Shown one piece after another: positions 46,811 to 56,300 of a stretch of DNA of 64,000 bases (positions are counted from its first letter, which is position 1; every line of letters begins with the position of its first letter). The stretch lies in assembly GCA_029762535.1 (NCBI GenBank), contig JARVGK010000008.1, positions 42,529 to 106,528 on the forward strand, given 5' to 3'. The position numbers and the translations under genes are program-made. The stretch is from Thermoplasmatota archaeon. Its GTDB lineage: Archaea; Thermoplasmatota; Penumbrarchaeia; Penumbrarchaeales; Penumbrarchaeaceae. The notes under the pieces are model-generated. The model was given only the letters and a program-made list of their open reading frames with translations. It had not been told where the DNA came from and ran no database searches.

Positions 46811-49800
46811 TCACTCCTCCCGACCTTCGTTCAAGGGACCGTTCTTTCTATCATTCTTTTTTGACCTTTCCCGAAAAAGTGATACGGAAATGGATAACGC
46901 CAAGGCCGAAATCAGGACCACGATGACCGGGAACAACGGCTCCCTGTAGAATGGATATCCTGGACCACCCAGGTCCTCCTCCCCGAAAGACACGATGATT
47001 ACTTCGAACATATATGCCGTTCGTTCACCATCCCTGGCGAACAGATAGAGGCATCCGTCTCGAGGGAGCTGTCCTTTATACTCCACGCATGTCACATTGC
47101 CATCATGAGCCATATCGGACCAATCCGTATCATTGAGAACGGGTCCGAACGAGTGTTCCCCCGTTAGCGCTAGCTGTACACCATCGGACAAATGCCCCAT
47201 ATCTCTGAGATAAAGGACCACTCGGGATCCCTCATCATTCAAGGGAACTACCCTTACGCCCTCTCTGTACAGGACGATGTCGTTCTGAAGGGTCAGGCCC
47301 CAATCGTGATCGAGGACCTCCATGACCAGGGCCCCGAGCTCTTCCGACTCCATCAGGAACCCCATCTCCCGGTTCTCAAGGGCCGATGTCGGGCCCCAAT
47401 TGAGCGATGAGATCCAGCAGAACCTGGAATCTATCACCACTCCCTTATTATGCACAAGGCCCAAACCCCTTCCGGGAAGCCTGGAGAGAGAGGGCATGAC
47501 CTTTACGCTCAGTGATCGGTCCAGGCCTCTCATTGCCGCCTCGGAAGCAATCCAATCGGCCACCTCCTCATTGTCAGGCCTACCATCCATGTCGAAATCG
47601 GTTCCGTCAAGCATGATCCTCACACGGACCCCCCTGCTTGCGGCATAGAAGAGCGAGGCGAGATATGGGTTCTCACTGTTCGAACTTCCATGGAGGATGG
47701 CATCGGGTCCGGGCTCAGGGACCATTGAGCTTCTCTGGGAAGGGGTATCGAACGACGGTGAGAGGCTCATCAACTGGACGACTATCTCCTCCTTGGCGGA
47801 CCTGATGGTCTCAATCAATGGATTGTCCATCCTACCAAGGTGATCGGGCGATATCAGGACCGTGACCGAATCAAGATCCACTCTTCGAGTCGGTTCCATG
47901 GTATTCAGGCTATCGACCGATGCGGTTTCCGCATTGAAGAGACTTGTAAGGTCCCTTTGTTCCAAGGATGAATCATAGCTCACCATGTCAGGGCCGGACC
48001 AGTCCTCCTCGAATACGGCCTTGACGGTCTCGGCCGTAACCGTCGAATCAACGAGAGCGGCCCATCCCCTGGTACCCGTCAAAGGGATATGGCCAGGAGG
48101 AGGAAATGAAGTGTCCTTGAAATTATCAGAGGATATCAGCACCCTCTCCCCGTCGGCCACTATGTATTTCGCATGGTCGAAGCGGTATCTGTCCCTTATC
48201 CCCGAAGGGTCGTTGTTCATGACCCTGACATCCACTCCACCGGCCATGAGATAGCCGAGGCTGATGGCCTGCTCCCAGCCCATACCTCCAACGGGCTGTC
48301 CCTCGACAAGGACCCTCACCTCGACCCCCCTCTCCCTCGCGCCGATAAGGGAAGTGGTTATCCATGCGGAGTTCATCTCATATATGTTCACCAGTAGCTC
48401 GGATCGCGAACCCTCCAAGATATCCCTCATAAGATCGCTCGAGGTATCAGGACATACACCGAACCTGACCGATGCATCTTTTGAAGTGGTAAAAGGTCCA
48501 AAGCTGGATTGGCCAGGATACTTTGGCCTCATCGTCAGCCAATCCTCCTTACGGTCCGTGTCGGTCAGGGACATATCCCCATACTTCCTCTCCCTATGGA
48601 GAACATGTCCTTTTCCGGGCACTGGAACAGCCGGTCCTTCCCAGGATCCTCCCGAGGAGCTGGGCCAATGATCAAATTCCCATATACATCGGCCGTAAGG
48701 AACGACATCCATGACAACTCCCATCGGATCCCGCAGGCATACGCTGTCGTTCTCGTTCGCAAGCCTTGGAGAACCAACGACAATGAGACCTGAATTCTTT
48801 TGCGCACCTTCTATGGCCAGGTCCGGCAGGAATCCGTTCTGTGACACGAAGTCGTCCCCGTTATGGGCTATGTACAATCTCTCTCCTGGATACAGGTCAA
48901 TATCGGAATTTATGATGATCATCCCATCACCAAATAACCCAAGCCCCTCATCGTCAGAGATCGAGCAGCCCTTCATTGGAACCGGTCGTAGGCCTGAGTT
49001 GAAAATGGTTACGAACTCATCTGTATCCCCCGGAATATAGGTATCAAGATATATCTCTTCGATCATGAGCTCGGAATGTTCGGAGATTATCGTCCCGGCC
49101 TGCTTCTTTCCCAATAGACCCCATGGAAGTGGGAGCGATCCTGACCATAACGGTTCGATCATAGAATCCATATATGATCTTCCCGTCCGTACGTGGCCCA
49201 TCCAGAACGGATTGGTCATGCCGTCGTTCATATCCAACATGATGAACTCGTGAGAGCGTGAGCTTATGAATCCTCCGAAGCCGATAAACGAGGGATCGAT
49301 ATTTGAGATCCTAATCTCGATTTCCGATATGCTCTCGCTGGCTAATGACCGTATCGCCAAAGCATCGAGGAGATGGTTCCTTTCCGAAGGATACGATGGG
49401 TCCGAACCACTATTTTCAATAAGCTCAATCGCTTCAGCGACCAGATCATATTCTTTATTGAACACGGGTCGGACAGAACCCGTTCCAATGAGCAGCCTTA
49501 CACTAGCCTTGGTCTCGAACGATCTCAAGATGGACCGCAGGTCCATATTTCCCCGTGCATCGTAGATGAACACCTCATCCTCATCGAACAATACATCGGG
49601 TAGGGCAGATGCATGATGTAAATAGAGAATATCCGTCTCGATGGATGAAAGGATCCCATTATCCTCCATGGCTCGGACCTGGTCGCCCTCATGGTCCTTG
49701 GCCTCAATGTCAAAGATCAATTCATCTCCCGCCGATGGTATCCAGTCATTCTCTCTTCCCGCTATTACTCGGAACAGGTCAATGGCATCGTTCGGGTCGA

Positions 49801-52800
49801 TAATTTCAAATCCCAATACCGGAGCCTTTACCCTCATTCCTTCCACCGTATCTTCCTTGGAAATACCGGCAGATGACAGCAGTATCCTGGACCCGCGAAA
49901 GTAGAAGTTAACGGGTATGTCGGACCCGCTTCTGAGTAGAAGCTTCCCACCGAGTTCAATGAAGTTCTCTATTTGAGCGGCATCACCGTCCGAACGTCCT
50001 GTGCCATTGCCATCGTCCAACGAGGATAGTCCGCTGTCATACACCAGATGGACCGTGGCGTTGTGACCCATTGATAGGGTGGTCTCGGCAAGACGGGCTA
50101 GCTTTGGATCGAACGTTGATGTGAGAACGAGAAGGTCGCCACCTCCACCTAACCAATCCAGGCCGTAAGAGGCATCAGAGAGAATGGTCACAGCCTCGAT
50201 CCGGACCCCCGAGTCCAAATAAGGGTCCACGATGGGAAATGACCCCTTCCCGGCAACGCTCCAGCGGGACAGGTCTCCAGAGGACTTTGTCGATCTGAGC
50301 ACCATATCGTTCTTAACGGACCCTATGCCTTCGGGGCCCCACTTCAACGAATCTACGGGCCTTCCCGAAGGATCGATTACAATTAGTTCGGCTCCCGCGT
50401 TCGGAAGGACCAGGGAAGCGTACCCCGGTACTCTGGTCCCTTTTATGATCTCTCCCCCCTCGGCAATGTCCCCTTCACCGAAGAGGAGATCGGGCAGATC
50501 CCCCTGCGAGATCAGATAATCGTTCGCATTTCCCGCGATGGTGATGGAGCCTTTTCGAGAGGGGATGGTCCCGTTGGGGATCACAGCGATCCTGTTGTTG
50601 CATACGAGCATGAACCCGGAAGGATCGACACCCTCCTCGAACCTCATCGATACGAACTCTCCCGATGATCCGGAGGAGGGGGACGGAGATAATGAATACA
50701 GGTTCGATCGTCCATTATTCGTATGCCAATCCATTGATGTGTTTGTATCGATGTATCTTCCCTCCCTGGAAGCTCGGAAGGTCATCGTTCCATACGTGCT
50801 CTCAACCATATGTTCGGCGATGGTCGACCATCCTTGACGATCGAGCCGTGTCCTTCTCAGCTGGACCATATCGATGTTCTTTCTGAACCTCGTATCGAGC
50901 TTCACGAATCCGGTGGATGCGGGATCGGGAAGCGCCCCCTCCACGATCATCCTCATGTCCACATCACCCAACCCATCACAACGAAAGGTCCTGTTCGCCC
51001 CTCTTGAACGATCGATAGCTGCCTCCCCCCATACTATGGCGATCTCCTCTCGTGGGCATATGGTCGAGCCCTCCGGAAAACGTATGGACCTGATGCCGTC
51101 ACTAATATGCATCAATGAAATATCGATCGGAGGATCTCCCGGGTTCGCCAAGGTTACAAATCTCGATGAGGAGGTCGTGTTCCATAAAACCCTCGCGATG
51201 ACGAGCGAGGCCTCGCCATCAAGGATAGGTGTGGGAATTACCGAGATATTCACGATCATCACGTTGTTGGACCGATCGAACTCAGGGATCTCTTCGTCCC
51301 TGTCGATGCTCAGCTTGATAGTATGGTTCCCCTCCAGATCGATGGTGTCTACGATGGCTTTGAAGGCCTTTCTCCTATCCGGGGAAACACCATCGATCGA
51401 TATTCGATCCACGATCTCCTCCTCCGACCCCTGACCAGATATCAAGATGTCCAGACTGAACGAAGCGCTCCTCAATTCCCCCTGGTTATTGACATATCCA
51501 TGTATATCGATCAAAAGACCTTGAGGTACGATGGCTGAAGATGAACCCTCCGATAGGACACTCACATCCTCGAAAAAGAGATCGATGGAGGGTACGATCA
51601 AGTGCAAGATTAGCTCAACGAAATACCACTCCATTCCCTGCCAGGTCGCAGTTATACTCAGATCCGATTCGTGTTCGTAGATGTCCTTGGGCGCCTTTAT
51701 ATACACTTCAAAACTGGTTGAGTTCTCCCCAGTGACCGAAAGGATATTCGGGAAGACGTTCGTCACTGTCCAACTTTGGGACGATGGGGTTATGTTCAAT
51801 ATGATATCCCCACGGTTCTCGCCGGGTATGGCAACAAAGATATCGACCATCAGCTCCTCATCCACATCGAATTCGAATATCCCAATGGGGCTGGAGAGGA
51901 CCATTGATATGTCCCTGTCGTTCGACCAACCAGGAGTTCCCTCCATATATGATGGGGATGAAGTCCAATCCAAGGGCGAATCTGAATCCGACCCGTCCGG
52001 GACCCTCATCAACGAGAGACCCTCCCTGACGGTAGGATTGTCCAATCCATCAGTTGTCATGTTGTATGAGTCCCTGTCATATACCTTGCCCTTCCAGCAG
52101 GTACCGTTAAAGATGCCGATAGGGGCTCCAACATGGCTCGAGGATCCCCAAGCCACGTAGTCCATCGCATAGCCCTCAGGGTCGATGAGTTGAAGCTCAT
52201 CGCCAACGACGTAGAGAGTTGAGGAGGATCCCATCTGAACCACCTGAACGTCCGGCGGTCTGGGTCCGAGCCTGTCCGCATTCCCGATACATACGACCCC
52301 TCTCTCGTTCGGACACAGAACCATAGAGGGTAGAATGACGTCAACGCCCTCGGTGTTGGTCAGTCGGGAACCTTTGAGATCCTCAGTATCGCCGATGTTC
52401 AGCAATTCCACCCATTGTCCATAAGCGTTCTTTCCGACAGGATCGGGCATGACCTCGTTGATTAGGAATGCAGGTGGCAGATGGTTCCTTGAACCTGGAG
52501 TTGGATCCTTGAGGGCCCTTATCCTATCGGATCCGTCGGGGGCTCGATGGTAGGACATCCCTTTTTTCGCGCTCTCGAAGGCGAGATGGTCGACATAGTT
52601 GCCCATTTCATCAAATAACGAGATGTTCTCGTTCGCGCCCAATACTATCCCGGTCAATGTCCTGGGAAGGTAGAGATACCCACGACCCGATATGTTGACC
52701 TTATTGATAGTGTAGGACCCGCCATTATCCGTTACGGTCCATCCATCCAGGTCAACGCTTTGATCACCAGAGTTGAACAGCTCTATGAATTCATCGTTCT

Positions 52801-53026
52801 GATCGGCATATCCATCCCCGTTGATATCCATTTCCGGATCGGGATATGCCTCGTTCACTCGAACGATGGGGGGCGAGAAGGTTACCATCGAGTCGGTGAA
52901 AGAACAATATCGGCCAGATCCTTTTGGGGGATCGGTATTATCGTTCAACGACAACATAGGAAAGCACGACAGCAATAACAGTACCATGCACAATGAACAG
53001 GCGGATGGTTTCATCTTGAACGGCAT
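46811..53026 (-). CDS. Giant secreted lamin-tail-domain/CARDB/phospholipase D-family protein with C-terminal TM anchor
   Basis: Signal peptide; LTDs (VNEAYPDP..EFIELFN, INEVMPDP..QWVEL, IEEIY..EFVTIFN); two HKD motifs (HAKYIVAD, HNKGVVID..SSLNW..NRE). Confidence 0.88.
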   Translation of the reverse strand: MPFKMKPSACSLCMVLLLLSCFPMLSLNDNTDPPKGSGRYCSFTDSMVTFSPPIVRVNEAYPDPEMDINGDGYADQNDEFIELFNSGDQSVDLDGWTVTDNGGSYTINKVNISGRGYLYLPRTLTGIVLGANENISLFDEMGNYVDHLAFESAKKGMSYHRAPDGSDRIRALKDPTPGSRNHLPPAFLINEVMPDPVGKNAYGQWVELLNIGDTEDLKGSRLTNTEGVDVILPSMVLCPNERGVVCIGNADRLGPRPPDVQVVQMGSSSTLYVVGDELQLIDPEGYAMDYVAWGSSSHVGAPIGIFNGTCWKGKVYDRDSYNMTTDGLDNPTVREGLSLMRVPDGSDSDSPLDWTSSPSYMEGTPGWSNDRDISMVLSSPIGIFEFDVDEELMVDIFVAIPGENRGDIILNITPSSQSWTVTNVFPNILSVTGENSTSFEVYIKAPKDIYEHESDLSITATWQGMEWYFVELILHLIVPSIDLFFEDVSVLSEGSSSAIVPQGLLIDIHGYVNNQGELRSASFSLDILISGQGSEEEIVDRISIDGVSPDRRKAFKAIVDTIDLEGNHTIKLSIDRDEEIPEFDRSNNVMIVNISVIPTPILDGEASLVIARVLWNTTSSSRFVTLANPGDPPIDISLMHISDGIRSIRFPEGSTICPREEIAIVWGEAAIDRSRGANRTFRCDGLGDVDMRMIVEGALPDPASTGFVKLDTRFRKNIDMVQLRRTRLDRQGWSTIAEHMVESTYGTMTFRASREGRYIDTNTSMDWHTNNGRSNLYSLSPSPSSGSSGEFVSMRFEEGVDPSGFMLVCNNRIAVIPNGTIPSRKGSITIAGNANDYLISQGDLPDLLFGEGDIAEGGEIIKGTRVPGYASLVLPNAGAELIVIDPSGRPVDSLKWGPEGIGSVKNDMVLRSTKSSGDLSRWSVAGKGSFPIVDPYLDSGVRIEAVTILSDASYGLDWLGGGGDLLVLTSTFDPKLARLAETTLSMGHNATVHLVYDSGLSSLDDGNGTGRSDGDAAQIENFIELGGKLLLRSGSDIPVNFYFRGSRILLSSAGISKEDTVEGMRVKAPVLGFEIIDPNDAIDLFRVIAGRENDWIPSAGDELIFDIEAKDHEGDQVRAMEDNGILSSIETDILYLHHASALPDVLFDEDEVFIYDARGNMDLRSILRSFETKASVRLLIGTGSVRPVFNKEYDLVAEAIELIENSGSDPSYPSERNHLLDALAIRSLASESISEIEIRISNIDPSFIGFGGFISSRSHEFIMLDMNDGMTNPFWMGHVRTGRSYMDSMIEPLWSGSLPLPWGLLGKKQAGTIISEHSELMIEEIYLDTYIPGDTDEFVTIFNSGLRPVPMKGCSISDDEGLGLFGDGMIIINSDIDLYPGERLYIAHNGDDFVSQNGFLPDLAIEGAQKNSGLIVVGSPRLANENDSVCLRDPMGVVMDVVPYGRCIWEFDHWPSSSGGSWEGPAVPVPGKGHVLHRERKYGDMSLTDTDRKEDWLTMRPKYPGQSSFGPFTTSKDASVRFGVCPDTSSDLMRDILEGSRSELLVNIYEMNSAWITTSLIGARERGVEVRVLVEGQPVGGMGWEQAISLGYLMAGGVDVRVMNNDPSGIRDRYRFDHAKYIVADGERVLISSDNFKDTSFPPPGHIPLTGTRGWAALVDSTVTAETVKAVFEEDWSGPDMVSYDSSLEQRDLTSLFNAETASVDSLNTMEPTRRVDLDSVTVLISPDHLGRMDNPLIETIRSAKEEIVVQLMSLSPSFDTPSQRSSMVPEPGPDAILHGSSNSENPYLASLFYAASRGVRVRIMLDGTDFDMDGRPDNEEVADWIASEAAMRGLDRSLSVKVMPSLSRLPGRGLGLVHNKGVVIDSRFCWISSLNWGPTSALENREMGFLMESEELGALVMEVLDHDWGLTLQNDIVLYREGVRVVPLNDEGSRVVLYLRDMGHLSDGVQLALTGEHSFGPVLNDTDWSDMAHDGNVTCVEYKGQLPRDGCLYLFARDGERTAYMFEVIIVSFGEEDLGGPGYPFYREPLFPVIVVLISALALSISVSLFRERSKKNDRKNGPLNEGREE

Positions 53027-53232
53027 CTCAATATCCTCCGAAGCCTTTCACAGGGCATCTTCAAAGGGATAGTCCTTGCATCGACCTCTACCTCTACCTA
53101 ATAATCGTTTGCTTGAGAGTTTCCTCGACGGAAAATCTTGACCTCGATCGCTCGAAGTAGGGCATGTGAGAACATGTATATGTCTCTACAAACTATCCCC
53201 TCATTATACAAAGCGATGGTTTTCAACCAAAT

Positions 53233-53244
53233 CTTTATATAAAG
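53233..53244. promoter_or_regulatory. Palindromic TATA element in the divergent intergenic region
   Basis: CTTTATATAAAG is a perfect palindrome between two divergent giant surface-protein genes. Confidence 0.55.
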
Positions 53245-53327
53245 CGGCCAGTCATTCAATCAGGGCCACAGATACAGTGACCTATATAGGAAATACGGTG
53301 TTCAATGGGTCCCTGAGAGGGCAGGTG

Positions 53328-56300
53328 ATGACCGTGGTAGATAACGGGAAAAAAGGATACAGAAAGATATTGATTGCGATGATCATACTAACGCTGACGC
53401 TAACCGTTGGTATCGGCATGTTCCACAGGGATGACGAAGGTGCCCTGGGAGCAACAACGGTTGGAAATATCAGTGTTACGGGAGGCACCGAAAAGACGTA
53501 TGATGATGTGGATTATCTGCTCGATGGGGATATCGAAGTTTCGGGCACGGGGTCCAAACTGGTATTCAAGGATTCCAGGATAACCATGTCCCAGGACGTG
53601 GGGAACGATGGGGTGCTCGGAGGCGGGGACGATCACATCTATCATATCATCGTGGAGAACGGCGGTGAACTGGTCTTCGAGAACAGCCACCTGACCTCCA
53701 GGACGGATCAGCTCCATCCATATTTCGCAATGGAGATCATCGTTCGCGACAGCGGATCGAAACTGGTCCTTGAAAATTCTCTATTGGAGGGGCCGGGAAC
53801 CCTCGCCATAAGCAGCTCGGCCGAGTTCCATATGATTTCTTCCTCCATAACCGCCTTTTCGAACCAGGACGATCTCGCCTATGACATCGACGGCGATGGT
53901 TCCACGGACGACGATAGGGACTACAACGATGATTCGGTCGAGATCTCCTTCACAACGGGGGCGAAGGCCGTTATAATCGATTCGCAGATAAGGGACACGT
54001 TCTCCTTCGATGTTCCCAGCAGAGATGGTAGGACCGGAGGTAATATCGAGGTGACCGGATCGGGAACGAACATTACCGTGATCAACTCCTTCCTGGACAT
54101 AGACTTCGAAAGCAGGACACAGACGGGGACACACAATACACTTAGTATATCCGGGGGAGCGGTCGCCCATCTCGTTGGCGTGTCGATAAATAAAACGGCG
54201 ACAACCGCAAGTTCCGCAATAGATATAACCGGTGTGGCATCCAGAGCATACTATTACAGATGGATAGGCGCCACTGCCTCTGATGGTGTCAATATCCCAA
54301 TATCCGGAGCGGATTTCGGGATCTACAGGGTCGAGGGTTCACAGGACCGACAGCTGAGCTCCGCTTATCTCACCCAGGAGATATTGGATTACATGGGCAG
54401 GACATCCGTGACATGGTCAAGGACGGATGCCATGGGAATGGCAATGATACCTGTAGTCACCGATGTGTTCTCCGCGGATACCATGCCCAACTCCGAGGCC
54501 TATCCTGACTTCAGGATATCGATGACGGTAGATGGTGATACCATCTCGTCCAGAGCGAGCTTCGACTCTTACCCCTCGATAGCCGGTCAGGACGATGAAT
54601 ACGGCCTCATTGAACGCTTCACGGGAGGGGAATCCGTTTCCACATACCTTGTGGATGACCTGAGGGGATATTTCTCTTTCAAGGACTCGATAACCAATCC
54701 TGTCCTGTCCAGTACCTTCTCTGGGATAAGTGTGGATACGAACGTCGGAACAATCATGACATTGAAAGGCACATCCGCAGCGATCAATGGGACGGTCTAT
54801 CCCTCCTACTACGCCTTCGGGGGTCATCTGATCATCGGTTCCGGGGGAAGCCTGACAATCACCGACACCTACGTGAGCTTCCTGACCGATGAGGGGCCGC
54901 TATACATACTCGTCCAGAACGGAGGGACGGTCCTATTGAACAACGTGACCCTCTCCGCTACAGGACCGCATGGTCTATACGTCTACGTCATGGGAACAGG
55001 GACCCCCACCATGAAGATGACCAGTGGAAAGTTCACGACCAGTGCACTGGCCGTAAGGCAGGCCGGCTCTGTTGATATCGTATCCGATTCCTTCTCCAGC
55101 ACCCTGAATTCCGTGGGTTCTTCCACTTCAATCAAGGTGAGGTCCTTGGAATCGACATTTGGTTCAGTATACGCCCGGGATGGTTCCATCGATATCGGAG
55201 GGGGAAATCTGTCCCTTCCTGTCACTGAGCTTAGCGGTGTTCGCCTGACCATCGAAGACGCGCTCGTCAAGAACACATTAGATCTGGATAATGATTCCGA
55301 CATCATAAACAGCAGGTTCAACGGAACCCTGCCCTCCGGCAGGACACACTGGATCAAGGCCACGGGAAGTGGGGTTATCAGCCTTTCGAACAGGGTGAAA
55401 GCCAGGGTCGTTGACTCGGTATCGAATCCCATACCCGGGTCCATTCTGCGAGCATACAGGATCTCCCCCGGGGGGTCCACCCTATTCTCTTCAGTTCAAA
55501 CGGACGACATGGCCGAAGGGGCACTGGTCCTCGTCCAGGAAGAGATCGGAATCAGCGGCAGGACCTATCTTGGGAATTATATTATCAACGCATCCTATAC
55601 CGGTTACGAATCCAGCCCCTACACGGCGAATATCGTGGGAAAGGACATCGATCTCATCGTCACCATCCAGGGAAGCCCTGACATAGCCGTTGAATACGTG
55701 AACTTCATCGGATCCATGATAGACGGTAACGAGGTCCATGTATCTGCCAGCATCATAAATCAAGGCAGGTTCTCCGCGGATCCTTTCAGGGCGACCTTCT
55801 TCGTCAACGGAATGATAGAAGGAGAGTCGGACATAGAACCTCTATTCCCCGGTGAGACGAAAATGGCATTTTTCAACTGGACGCCAGTATCCGGAATGGC
55901 GGATCTGATCATACAGCTTGACAGGGACCAGAACGTCAGAGAGATCGACAGGTCGAACAATATGTGGAACTCAGTTAAACTGATAGGTTTCGGACCCGAC
56001 TACGCTATAGACATAGAAACAGGGGATGACCAATGGGTCTACGCGACGGAAAGGGAGATCACAATTGTAATAAGAAACGTTGGAGAGGAGGACCCGGAGG
56101 AGAACAATTTCACTGTCAACGTCATGTGGAGGAAGGGGCTCGAGTTCGGATATATAGCTCAGGATATCGTATTCGATTACATCCCTCCGGGAGGGATCGC
56201 ACGCATGACCCTGAACTGGACCCCTCCTATAAGTGGTGACGTTATATTGACGGGGGAGGTTTTCGCAAAATTCGATTCAACTCCCATGAACTCATACTAC

